Source: Eledone cirrhosa
Taxonomy: Eukaryota
Direction of reading: 5' to 3'
Length of the DNA stretch: 64,000 nucleotides
Assembly (NCBI GenBank): GCA_964016885.1
Contig: OZ024749.1
Span: 25,792,001-25,856,000 of the forward strand
Below are positions 27,580-40,366 of this stretch, one piece after another. The translations under genes were made by a program, and so were the position numbers. Numbering within the stretch: the first letter of the stretch is position 1; each line of letters starts with the position of its first letter. The notes beneath the pieces were generated by a model that was given only the letters and a program-made list of their open reading frames with translations, searched no databases and had not been told where the DNA came from.

Positions 27580-29214
27580 ATAATGCATATATATATATAC
27601 ACACATATATGTATATATATATATATATACGTATGTGTGTGGGTGTGTGTATGTGTGTGTGTCTGTCTGGGTATGCGTGTGTGTATGTGTGCGTGCGTCT
27701 GTGTCTGCGTATGTGAGTACACAAACACAATATACTTGTATACTTATTACAAGCGTATATACAACCATACATACATATACATAATTTACGCGTATATTCA
27801 TTATTGCAGCTCCTCAAATTTCTTTAATAAGAGACTGGGACCCTTTATCTAACGATATTCCGTAGATGTAAGTGTTAAAAACCACCATCTCTACCACAGC
27901 AAGTGGGACATTATGTCCCGTTCACTTCTCGTTCGTCTCTCGTACGGAATCATAGTCTAGCAGATTTCGTGTCATTGTATTCATGTAGAACAATAAGAAC
28001 AATTAAAACAGCATCGAATAAAATTCCTCTGTTATTCGTACGGCGTCTCTTTCGTGTAGGTTCAAATCCCAACGAGATCAACTTTGCCTTCCCTCCTTTT
28101 TTTTCATGGTTTGATCTCGTAACTGCTGAGTGGGTCCTAGTGACGCCGTATTGATATTAGGCGTTTGTAGCGCATATTTACCCATGGCGGAGACCAATAA
28201 TCTTCAGATCTGAATAGAACAGATTTCTTCCCGAGAAGGATAGAGAGTGAGACAATGGAAGGGCGAGAGATATATAGTGGAATATTCGACCCCATTACTT
28301 GACTCGTAGTTTTGTTTTCAATGTGAAATGGATGAAAGGCAAAGTTGACCTCGGTGGGATTTGAACTCGGAGAGCCGAGAGCCGAAATTTGAACTCAGAG
28401 AGCCGAAACGAAGCATTCTATCCGACATTCTAAAGTCTGTGCACGTTCGCAGTTTTTTTTTTGGTTGATAAAACCTCTTCTAGACCATGTCCTTGTCGGG
28501 GTATTTTGCTGCACATGTTACGGTTATGTAAGTTATGTGTCCCAATTAGGGTTTATCTAAACGGAAAATCTCCAGATTGTAACAGCGTTGGATATTACTT
28601 TTACCGTGTGCCTTCCGATGTCCACTTTTATTCTTTCGGGGTCGATAAATAAAGAACCCACTCAGATCTCATGCAATCCAACTGTTACTTCTTGGTTGTC
28701 CAGCTGGATAAAGCGAAGACGAGTCGAGAGGGGGTCTGTGTTTGCTAAACATGTGAATATATATCCTTAACGAAACCATATCCCATGCTACCAAATCATA
28801 CTCGATTTCGAATGACTGCTGTAGTTAATCAAGACACCAAAGACACCTGCACTCACTGACTCGCAAACGTCTTATACATTGCCTAAGCTAAGGTAGAAAA
28901 TTAAATAATCTCATAATTCTTTGTCTTACAGGTCGTGGGTTCAAACCCGCTACATCTGACTCGATGGATGTCTTAGAAATCAATACAAGATTCTTTGAAA
29001 CTATACTGATATTATAACTAAACACCAATTGATACATGACTGTGTTCGATAGACCTGAAAGCATTGATACTATTTAAAACATCACTGCACACAGGAAAAA
29101 TTTTATCTTCTTTTACCGAGACATGCATCTGTATTCCTCTGCTTGATTGCTTATGAAAAATATGGCTGTATAAATACACATAAACTCTCGCTCACGCTCA
29201 CACACACGCATGGA

Positions 29215-29267
<53 letters not shown>

Positions 29268-29358
29268 ATGTTGATGTATATATATATATATACATATATA
29301 TGTATGTATATATATATATATATATATATATTTATGCATATATATAGAGAGAGATATG

Positions 29359-29406
<48 letters not shown>

Positions 29407-29455
29407 CGTGTGTTTATGTATACACATACACATGTATATATACTTAAATACGTAC

Positions 29456-29589
<134 letters not shown>

Positions 29590-30001
29590 CGTGTGTGCAT
29601 ATATGTGTGCATGTCTGTATGTGTGCGTGCCAGTGTATGTGTACGTGGGTGTGTTAACGAGTGTTAATGCTTTTTTTGTGTTTATATGGACCGCTTATAT
29701 TATATAAACTTGTGACTTAATTGCCCCATTTTAGGCCAAATTAAAAGCAGATAAAACACATTTTGAGAGAAATGAACGATACCCTGTGCGCCCATGTGTG
29801 ACACAATAAGACGAATAAAAAATAGAAATATGAAATATTCTTACTTGCCATTTTTCACTCTTCTCTTAAAAAATAAAATTTTAACGACAATGCAGCCTTG
29901 TTATTTCAAACGTGAAATTTACTGCTTTTCAAAAGAAGACATACATACTGGCATAATATGTATGTGTAGGTATATAATTACAAATAACGGTATTTTGCGG
30001 T

Positions 30002-30053
<52 letters not shown>

Positions 30054-30085
30054 ACATATATATATACATATATATGTATGTATAA

Positions 30086-30120
<35 letters not shown>

Positions 30121-31279
30121 CATAAATATGTATGTATGTACATATATGTACATATATATACATATATATATATATAAATATATATATAGGGTATATGCGT
30201 ATATATGTACATACATAAATAAGTACATACATGTATATAAGTACATATAAGTACTACATACATACATACATACATACATACATACATACATACATACATA
30301 CATACATACATACATACATACATACATAATTATGCATAAAAGCCTATGAAGGCATGCATTTATTCGTTTTTAATTTCCCTTTGATATTTTGGAAATGTTT
30401 GAATTTAAATTTTTTTTTACTGATTATCAAGTAATCGGCATAATTTTTTCATATTCTTGTTCATGTAAAAAAATGTTCAAAATTAAATGCAGTAATAAGT
30501 ATATTCTTTGACATGCTTATATATTTTATATACATGTGTGTGTATATATATATATATATGCGTGTGTGAGTGTTTTTGTGCGTAAAGATATAGATGCATA
30601 TTATATATATATATATGTATGTATGTATACATATAAATATATATCCATGTATAACATACATCTATGAGTTTGTGGGAGCTTTGATCTGTATCTCATATAT
30701 GTTATTATATATATATATGTGTGTGTGTGTGTATATATATATGTGTGTAAATACATATATATAAAACCATAGCCATATACTTACGATATAGGTACTACTA
30801 AAAAAAAAATAACTGAACAACGTCAGCAAACTTCTTTAAAAATGCTTAAATACATATTCAAAATGGCAGCCATCAGGACGAACGTTGTTCCGTAACAATT
30901 GCTTCTAATGGTGTGTAACAACCTAAGAGACAAAGGCTGATCACATTTCTCTATAGACATTAGCTTAAGCAAGATATTAACTTCAGCTTCTGTTAAAGAA
31001 ATATACGTTGATTGCTTAATTTTTCTTCTTCTCTTTCCGTGAAATAACGTACACGGTAATTAGAGCATTAAGGAATTTCATAGTGAAGAACAATTGATAA
31101 CCACACTACTCTTCAGAAGTTTTAATGTCAAACCAATAGACCGTTCTATAAAAATCAAATATTGTTGTAGCATTTTTATAGTTTTGTTATTTAATGCTCT
31201 TAAATAATGATTTATGTGGCCAGATCACTAGTTTAGATACTGTTTGGTGACTTTCTATTTACTGTTTATATATATATAC

Positions 31280-31334
<55 letters not shown>

Positions 31335-31442
31335 AATGTGTGTGAGTATGTGTAAATTACGCACACAAACACACACGGACACGCATACATATATATATAT
31401 ATATATAAGCAAAATTACGCAGACAAAAACACACGGATACAC

Positions 31443-31521
<79 letters not shown>

Positions 31522-32053
31522 TGTGTGTATGTGTTCTATGATTTTAATTTATTCTGCCGCATATTATATCAGATCATTTTTTAATGTTTTCATGTAATAT
31601 CTTGTACTTTTTATAAATACTTTTTTTTACTTTCTCTAAATCTCATTTTATTAAATTAACGATAAGATCGCACCTCTCAATAACATCAATGATAAAAATG
31701 ATGAGTTTTTTTTAGTTATTTTTGTCAATTTCGATGTTCTTTTACAATGTTTTTTTAATTTCCTTTATTCATATCTACACTGTCTTTTCTTTCGTAATTG
31801 TGCTCTATTACTAATAACACATATGATTAGTTTCTCTTTACAAATCAGGCAAGGATGAAATTTTAGCCACATTGACCGATTTTATTGGTCCTTTTAGAAT
31901 GCTTACAAGTTCTGAGGGAAATTTCGTACACAGGAAGTATGTTAGCCTGCAACATGGCCATAGTCGAATGAGAAAAACCTGTAAGATATTTTTTTTTAGC
32001 ATGGCCTACTATACGACCTGTCACGTATCTAAATTCAATTTAGATCATTCTCA

Positions 32054-32600
32054 GTAATAATGGTTTATTATGTAGGCACAAGGCCAGTAATTTTGGGGTC
32101 GGGGAAAGTCGATTAAATCTACCCTAGTGCGTGACTGGTACTTTATTTTATCGACCCCGTAAGGATGAGAGGTAAATTTAACCTCGGCGTGATTTGAACG
32201 CAGATCATAAATAGCGATGACTCTATGTTGCAAAACATGGCGTCCGACCCTCTACCGATACTACCAATCCACCGTCCTTGATTCTCAATAATAATGGTTT
32301 CTGATTTTGGTAAAAAGCTAATCACGTCTGGGGAGGGGAAAGTCATGTGTGTTATTGGTACTTTATTTCCTCGATTCCGTTATCATGAAAGGCAAACCTA
32401 ACCTAGGCGAAATTTAAACTCAGAAACGTAAAGGGACGTAACTAAATGCCACAAATCGTTGCCAATGTTCTATCGATACTGCCAGTCCTCTAACCTCATC
32501 AATAATGGTTTCTTATTTAGGCAAAAGGCCAACAAATTTGGGGGAGAGGAAAGTCTACCAAATCTATCCCAACCTGTGAATGGTAATTTATTCTATCGAA
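32054..32600 (-). mobile_element. Tandem tRNA-SINE copies (two full, one partial)
   Basis: Same core as 2571-2758, in a longer variant with ggggaaagtcgattaaatc. Confidence 0.75.
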
Positions 32601-32644
32601 CCTGCACACTTTACAAATTATTCTCTGTGAATGTTTTATGTGTT

Positions 32645-32728
<84 letters not shown>

Positions 32729-32887
32729 ATCACTTTCTAGTTGATATATATATATATATATTGAGTTAAATAGCTCTAAGAAAAAGGCTTTTCCGAGCCG
32801 TACAATATAATTGAATAAACAAGAGAGATGAACACTAATACAAACATACATGTGTTCGAATTGTAAGGACCAAATTTGCAAGGGTGA

Positions 32888-33032
32888 AAAAATACTAACT
32901 ACAGCAATATGGTTTGTTATCCTTAACTTTAAATATTAAATTAAGAAAAATAAAGAAAAATAACAGACCTATATTGGGCAAAACGCCTAAAATTAAGGAT
33001 AACAAACCATATTGCTGTAGTTAGTAGTTTTT
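32888..33032. repeat. Inverted repeat, about 43-bp arms
   Basis: tactaactacagcaatatggtttgttatccttaa ... ttaaggataacaaaccatattgctgtagttagta. Confidence 0.8.
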
Positions 33033-33064
33033 CAAATCCACGTTCAATAAAACATCAGGATTTT

Positions 33065-33124
33065 TTTCATTCTGACGACTGAAAGCAGATTTATTTGCTT
33101 TCAAGAAACCACTCGTAAATGAAA
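33065..33124 (+). ncRNA. Type-I hammerhead motif (family D)
   Basis: tttcatt-CTGACGA-ctgaaagcagatttatttgctttcaa-GAAA-ccactcg-TA-aatgaaa. 7-bp stem I, strong stem II, minimal stem III. Confidence 0.8.
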
Positions 33125-33469
33125 TAATCATCTTATGTTGTTTATTACATATATATATACATATATATATATATAACGAGAGAGATATAACGGTAGTGTT
33201 CGGAGATTGATTACAACATATTATTCCCCCCACAGAAGTTATTAGTGGACTATTACCCAGAGTCCCATGCAATGTGTGTGAATTCGAAACTGGTGGGAAT
33301 TCTTTGACCACTCAGACACTAATACCATACACAAATATTATCTATCAGTTCTATCTACCATTGCCAACCATTCCATCGATGTAAGTAGCACTATAGGACG
33401 TTTAGTAGTCACCAATAATTACCTGATCTCTTCCACAACTTAGCCCTCCTCTCCATAACAAAGCTATCT

Positions 33470-33504
<35 letters not shown>

Positions 33505-33848
33505 GTTGCTGCTGTTTCTACTACCATTACCACTACTCTACTACTAGTGTCACCACTACGACTACTACTACTGTTGCTGCTGTTGCTACTACTACCACTA
33601 CCACTACTTGTGTTACTACAACTTCTACTACTACTGTTATTACTACTGCTACTACTGTTAGTATTACTATCGCTACTACTACTACTGTTGCTGCTGCTGC
33701 TTTTTGCTACTATCATTACCACTACTTCTACTACTACTGTTATTACTACTGCTACTACTGTTAGTATTACTATCGCTACTACTACTACTGTTGCTGCTGC
33801 TGCTGCTGCTGCTGCTTTTTGCTACTATCATTACCACTACTTCTTCTG

Positions 33849-33881
<33 letters not shown>

Positions 33882-34070
33882 TTGCTATTACTAATACTTC
33901 TGCTAATACTACTACTACTCATACTACTATTACTACTGCTAGTGCTATTATTACTACCCCCACCACTACTGCTATTACTACACTTCACTTAGTATCTACC
34001 ATTACGGCGTCACGAATTACCATCACCACCACCATCACCATCACCATTACCACGCCATCGCCTCACCACA
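33470..34070. repeat. Cryptic (CTA/CTG/CAC)n trinucleotide tract with internal duplication
   Basis: ctactactgttagtattactatcgctactactactactgttgctgctgctgct...ttttgctactatcattaccactacttc occurs twice. Confidence 0.85.
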
Positions 34071-35032
34071 CCCGCTTTTATATTCATAATAAACGAATAT
34101 TAACTTTCGTTTACTCATTACACGATTCTGAAGACGACAAGTAAAACATATAATCGATATACAATATGTCTAATCAATAATCAGAGAAGATATGTAAATA
34201 ATATCAAATGAAGACAGATATAATCAGACCAGAGCATTGAATATCCACTAGAGAATCTGTCCAGCTGTCAGATATAATATATCATTTGATGTGATTGTTT
34301 CGAGAGATATAGTTTAGTAAAAGGTGGTGGTGTAGGCTGGAGAAGCTAAATCACAGCCAAGTTCTTGTTTACTAATTAATGTTATGTAGAACATTGTTGC
34401 AAGCTCCACAAAGATCCTTCTTCGGCTGTCTGGACTATTCATTGCTTCTTATAAATATATAAATATATATTATATACATATATATATGTATATATATATG
34501 TATATATATATGTATTGTTATATTTGGGGAGGGTCATATTTGCGTAATATTGCCAGAATTAATAACAGAACACACTCACTGTTTGGTTGGTTTTCGCTTC
34601 TCGCTGTCTTTTATATATATATATCTGCGATCTAACTTACTCGGTCCTCAATGTTGCCATTGACTGACCGGCGGTCAAAAATAATACAGATACAATATAG
34701 ACAAACACATATATATATAGTTTACATAAATCTTTCGTTGCACATCTGCAACATCGTCAGTGGTGTTATATTCATTGTTCCTCCTGTTGTGTTGTATGTC
34801 TACGCCATTTTTTTTGTTCAGTCTGTCTATATATTTATTTATTTATTTGCTTGTTTGTTTATCTTATTTTATTTTGTCTTCTTTGCGCATGCGTTTGCGT
34901 GTGTGTATAGTGTTATGTGTGATGTGTGACTAGTGTGTATAGTGTTGTGTCTGCTGGGTGACTAGTGTGTGTTTATGTGCTTGTGTATGTATTTATTTAT
35001 CTTATTTTATTTAATTTAATTTACTTATTTAT

Positions 35033-35665
35033 TTATACTTCTCTTAGGTCAGTGTTGTTTGTTTGGGTGTTGTTGTTGTTCCACTCATTCTTTCTGTTTA
35101 GCTTTGGTCTTCTAATTTCTATTTCACTGGCCTCTCTGATTTGCCTATCTGCTGGGTCATTCCTATGTTTAGATATTATTCTAATTTCTATGTTGTCTAT
35201 GTTACCGTCATGATGTTGTCTAGCATGTTCATATAGTACTGACCCGTTTTTTCGTCCTTTTAGTTCCCCCCAGTGTTGGTCTATCCTTTCACCTATGCTA
35301 CGAGCTGTCTCACCTATGTATGTTGTTGTCGTGTTTCTGCAAGTACCCTCTGTACATCTTATGCTATAGACTACGTTTCTAGTTTTACAGTTTATCCGGG
35401 GGTTCACCTTACATATGATACATTTCCTATTGGTACAGTGGGTTTTCTTAAAAGGGTAGGTTTTGCTGATCAGGGATTTTATGGTGGTTCCTGGCTTTTC
35501 TACCACCTTTATTTTTAAGTGGGTCTTTCTCAGGGCCTTTCTACACTGGTTAGCTAATTTCCCTCCAGGGGTGGCGTCCACAAACATGACACTCTGATAT
35601 CTCTGGTTGTCGTACCATGATGTGGCCTTCCCTATCTTATGTCTAGCCCTATCTAAGCTATTCCA
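35033..35665 (-). pseudogene. PLE2 C-terminal/GIY-YIG domain in the inverted arm (open to its natural stop)
   Basis: CxxxxCxxC, NVVYSIRC...TTYIGETARSIGERIDQH, RQIREASEI...LNRKNEW. Confidence 0.85.
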
Positions 35666-37619
35666 CAACACACACAACTATGACGATAGAAATAACGACA
35701 ACCCCTTAGAGAAACTATTTTTCAACCCAGCTGACAAAACATATAAGATGGGTAATATCTATCCTACGAGGTTACCCTTTAATAAAAGAGTCTGCATACC
35801 ACAACAAATAGATGACGAGACGGAGGCACAGTTCACCATAGCTAGAAATAAGATTAGACAAGTAGTAGACAGGTACACTATGAGACAGAGCAGACCAGAG
35901 GCCCAACAACTTGGGATAAAACCTGTAGAAGGCTTGGTTAGCCTCAAGCAGCGCACAAGGGATGGTGAGGTAGTGTGTCTACCCACAGATAAGTCTGGTA
36001 GGATGTCAATAGATAGCATGCCGAACTACATCGAGGCAATGCAACCCCACATCACCAACACGAGCGAAGTTGCACAACTAACACACGATGGGAGAGAAAA
36101 AATCCTCAACGCTCACATGATGATGTGGACTGACATCCTAAAGCCAAGCAGACGCACTGCCAACAACTTCCAGGCGTCTAACAATGGCATACCACCCTTG
36201 TATGGGCTCCGCAAAGACCACAAGACTGTCGACGACCCGACAATAGGACCACCAACAAGACCTGTATGCGGAGCTAATATAGCTAGCAACTACAGGATCT
36301 CCTACTTCCTCTCAATGGTTATACGCCCCATAATCAAGATGTCCCCAGATGTATGCGTCAGCATAGCTGGCGATGTTGCCAACCTTTTCATGGTATGGTG
36401 GGAAAGGAGACTTAAAGATCTCCTTAATGAAAGCTCCATAGACCTCATCATGTACTCTCGTTATGTAGACGATATCAATATAGTTATAAGAACACCCCCA
36501 CTAGAGAGCACTAACAAGTTTGATTTAGAACGTAGCACGATGGAAAGCATCCAGCAGATAGCTAATTCCATACACCAGAGTATAACTGTAACTATAGACT
36601 TCCCTTCCAAACACCCTAACAATAGACTACCTGTATTAGACACAGAACTCTGGATCAACACTATAGACGAGAGAGCCCAAATTCTCCACTCACACTATGC
36701 TAAACCCATGGCCTCCAAATACCTGATACTCAAAAACTCAGCAATGTCCAGTAGTGCTAAGTTTAATATTCTGATCGCAGATTTGGTACGAGTGATGAAG
36801 AATGTGTCCAGCATGTGCGACCCAACAGAAATGGAAGGACACATCCAACACTTCATCAACCGTATGCAGTTCTCTGGCTACAACCAAAGAGACAGAGTCA
36901 GAGTATACGAAGGAGCCATGGAAAAGTATAAGACCCTCATAGAACTGGACATGAAAGGAATTTGCCCACTATACAGGAGCAAATCATGGAATAGCTTAGA
37001 TAGGGCTAGACATAAGATAGGGAAGGCCACATCATGGTACGACAACCAGAGATATCAGAGTGTCATGTTTGTGGACGCCACCCCTGGAGGGAAATTAGCT
37101 AACCAGTGTAGAAAGGCCCTGAGAAAGACCCACTTAAAAATAAAGGTGGTAGAAAAGCCAGGAACCACCATAAAATCCCTGATCAGCAAAACCTACCCTT
37201 TTAAGAAAACCCACTGTACCAATAGGAAATGTATCATATGTAAGGTGAACCCCCGGATAAACTGTAAAACTAGAAACGTAGTCTATAGCATAAGATGTAC
37301 AGAGGGTACTTGCAGAAACACGACAACAACATACATAGGTGAGACAGCTCGTAGCATAGGTGAAAGGATAGACCAACACTGGGGGGAACTAAAAGGACGA
37401 AAAAACGGGTCAGTACTATATGAACATGCTAGACAACATCATGACGGTAACATAGACAACATAGAAATTAGAATAATATCTAAACATAGGAATGACCCAG
37501 CAGATAGGTAAATCAGAGAGGCCAGTGAAATAGAAATTAGAAGACCAAAGCTAAACAGAAAGAATGAGTGGAACAACAACAACACCCAAACAAACAACAC
37601 TGACCTAAGAGAAGTATAA
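35666..37619 (+). pseudogene. PLE2 RT-GIY-YIG polyprotein, 5'-truncated, internally deleted, with a premature stop
   Basis: PTDKSGR, LYGLRKDHK, PTRPVCG, YSRYVDDI, LPVLDTELW, HYAKPM, YIGET. RT motif A and most of motif B are absent near 36355. TAA at 37509-37511 stands where the inverted arm has CAA. Confidence 0.88.
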
Positions 37620-37892
37620 ATAAATAAGTAAATTAAATTAAATAAAATAAGATAAATAAATACATACACAAGCACATAAACACACACTAGTCACCCAGCA
37701 GACACAACACTATACACACTAGTCACACATCACACATAACACTATACACACACGCAAACGCATGCGCAAAGAAGACAAAATAAAATAAGATAAACAAACA
37801 AGCAAATAAATAAATAAATATATAAACAGACTGAACAAAAAAAAATGGCGTAGACATACAACACAACAGGAGGAACAATGAATATAACACCA

Positions 37893-37920
37893 CTGACGAT
37901 GTTGCAGATGTGCAACGAAA
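37893..37920 (+). ncRNA. Hammerhead core plus stem II in the PLE2 pLTR (family E); also 34733-34760 minus, 39874-39901 plus, 38983-39010 minus
   Basis: CTGACGA-t-gttgca-gatg-tgcaac-GAAA. The diverged copy reads CTGATGA-t-gtcgca-gatt-tgcgac-GAAA, a compensatory change. I could not close stems I and III. Confidence 0.6.
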
Positions 37921-38398
37921 GATTTATGTAAACTATATATATATGTGTTTGTCTATATTGTATCTGTATTATTTTTGACCGCCGGTCAGTCAATGGCAAC
38001 ATTGAGGACCGAGTAAGTTAGATCGCAGATATATATATATAAAAGACAGCGAGAAGCGAAAACCAACCAAACAGTGAGTGTGTTCTGTTATTAATTCTGG
38101 CAATATTACGCAAATATGACTCTCCCCAAATATAACAATATCTGTTTCGACACACGATTTCATATAAAAAACCTCGCAAAACTAATTCATCGCCGCTATA
38201 TATATGTAGATAAATCTACCAAGAGTTTACGGTAGTGTCCAATCCGTATGAAGAACTCAATGTAATATGCCAACTCAATGTAATATGCCAATTCTAACAC
38301 ATATATATCCTAGAAACGATCGGTAAATAATGAACTTTTTTTGTTTAATATAAGGAACTGTTTCATTGTTTTATTCATTATTTTTTTTATATTTTATG

Positions 38399-38436
<38 letters not shown>

Positions 38437-38533
38437 TATTAAAGTGTTAAACAATATTCAATGAGTATGTCAAACAATGAGTTTTACAGTAGATTGGAAG
38501 CACTCTACGGTTAAACAAATTTCCGGAGTTATT

Positions 38534-38732
38534 AATATTAAAATACAAATATTAATAAAATAGATGTTCTTTTGATCAATTAAAAGATTAAATTTTAACC
38601 ATTTAACATCTCAGGGTATGTCATGTATCATTATATTTTGTCTGATAAGGGCGTACTGTTGTACATCCGAAATATGTATAATCAAATGTAATTGATCAAA
38701 AGAACATCTATTTTATTAACATTTGTATTTTA

Positions 38733-38735
<3 letters not shown>
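38534..38735 (+). mobile_element. Short element with inverted termini and a degenerate HHR (family F)
   Basis: Arms at about 38534-38581 and 38690-38735. The motif is CTGATAA-gggcgtactgttgtacatcc-GAAA-tatgta-TA. Confidence 0.6.
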
Positions 38736-38772
<37 letters not shown>

Positions 38773-38775
<3 letters not shown>

Positions 38776-38941
38776 GGGAGGGTCATATTGTTATAATATT
38801 GCCAGAAATAAGAACAGAACACACTCACTGTTTGGTTTAGTTTGGTTTTCGATTTTCTATCTTTTATATCTCCATAGTTAATTTATTTGGCAATCATTGT
38901 TTATGATTGATTGACTAGCGGTTTAAAATACATATATATAT

Positions 38942-38981
<40 letters not shown>

Positions 38982-39073
38982 TTTTCGTCGCAAATCTGCG
39001 ACATCATCAGTCGTACTATTATGTTTCCTCCCATTTTATTGTAAAGTTTACGCCATTTTTATTTTATTCACCG

Positions 39074-39075
<2 letters not shown>
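38773..39075 (-). mobile_element. Diverged solo pLTR related to PLE2
   Basis: tttggggagggtcatatt..atattgccagaa..acagaacacactcactgtttggt matches 34523-34590 with divergence. Confidence 0.8.
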
Positions 39076-39116
<41 letters not shown>

Positions 39117-39182
39117 TAGTAACACAACAGGTAGTTCACCATACCGAGAACAATTGTTTCAGCTTATGTGGATCTTCATATA

Positions 39183-39255
<73 letters not shown>

Positions 39256-39471
39256 GGTGTTGGATGCTTAAAGCACTCAATGACCTCGTAGAGTAGAGGA
39301 AAATCTGCTTCGTAGAATCGAGACGTATCCGACGACCGCGCGATTTCAGAGTCAGGTTTGTTCACCATATTGATCGTACCTCGAGGTGGTCGCCCGAGAA
39401 ACAATTGTAATATGTGTAATAAATTCCTTTCGTCGCAACACTGATTCTCTTTTTTCTGTGATATATATATA

Positions 39472-40113
39472 TAGACCAAAGCTAAACAGAAAGAATGAGT
39501 GGAACAACAACAACACCCAAACAAACAACACTGACCTAAGAGAAGTATATATAAGTAAATAAATAAATAAATAAAATAAAATAAAATAAAATAAAATAAA
39601 ATAAAATAAAATAAAATAAAATAAGATAAATAAATACATACACAAGCACAATAACAACAAGCACATAAACACACACTAGTCACCCAGCAGACACAACACT
39701 ATACACACTAGTCACACAGCACACATAACACTATACACACACGCAAACGCATGCGCAAAGAAGACAAAATAAAATAAAGAAACAAGCAAATAAATAAATA
39801 TATAGACAGACTGAATAAAAAATGGCGTAGACATACAACACAACAGGAGGAAAACAAAAAAAATATAACACCACTGACGATGTTGCAGATGTGCAACGAA
39901 AGATTTATGTAAATTATGTAAACTATATATATGTGTTTGTGTCTATATTGTATCTATTATTTTTGACCGTCGGTCAGTCAATGGCAACATTGAGGACCGA
40001 GTAAGTTAGATCGCAGATATAAAAGACAGCGAGAAGCGAAAACCAACCAAACAGTGAATGTGTTCTGTTATTAATTCTGGCAATATTACGCAAATATGAC
40101 CCTCCCCAAGTAT

Positions 40114-40119
<6 letters not shown>
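39472..40119 (+). mobile_element. Solo 3' end (pLTR) of the PLE2 family
   Basis: Matches 37542-38139 closely and is flanked by (TA)n. Confidence 0.9.
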
Positions 40120-40210
<91 letters not shown>

Positions 40211-40366
40211 GGGGGGTAAGCATGACTACGTAGTAAGTCTTTTCTTCTGGAGTATCAAAACTCGAAGCTTAGAGAGAGGTGGGTGAGATAGAGAGAATAG
40301 ATAGGTCGCTAGATATATACATAGGTTGAGAGATAAAAAATATATAGATAGATACATAGATAGATG

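Larger units (their letters stand above)
34514..38139 (+). mobile_element. Penelope-like retroelement 2 with a 1.15-kb inverted terminal duplication (34514-35665 / 36987-38139)
   Basis: Near-identical inverted arms carry the GIY-YIG domain and the 3' pLTR. The spacer carries a 5'-truncated RT. Confidence 0.92.

Noticed and set aside
33402-34144. Ser/Leu/Thr-rich ORFs here and at 57540-58082 and 61510-62281 as genes
   Set aside because: They are cryptic trinucleotide repeats with no domain, splice or codon evidence.
34123-34157. cgatt-CTGAAGA-cgacaagt-AAAA-cata-TA-atcg as a hammerhead
   Set aside because: GAAA is absent and stem II is marginal. At best it is a decayed relic.
39367-39415. catat...tcgaggtggtcgcccga-GAAA-caattg-TA-atatg as a hammerhead
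   Set aside because: The 3' half and stem I look right, but there is no CUGANGA-like core at the proper spacing. It was not counted.
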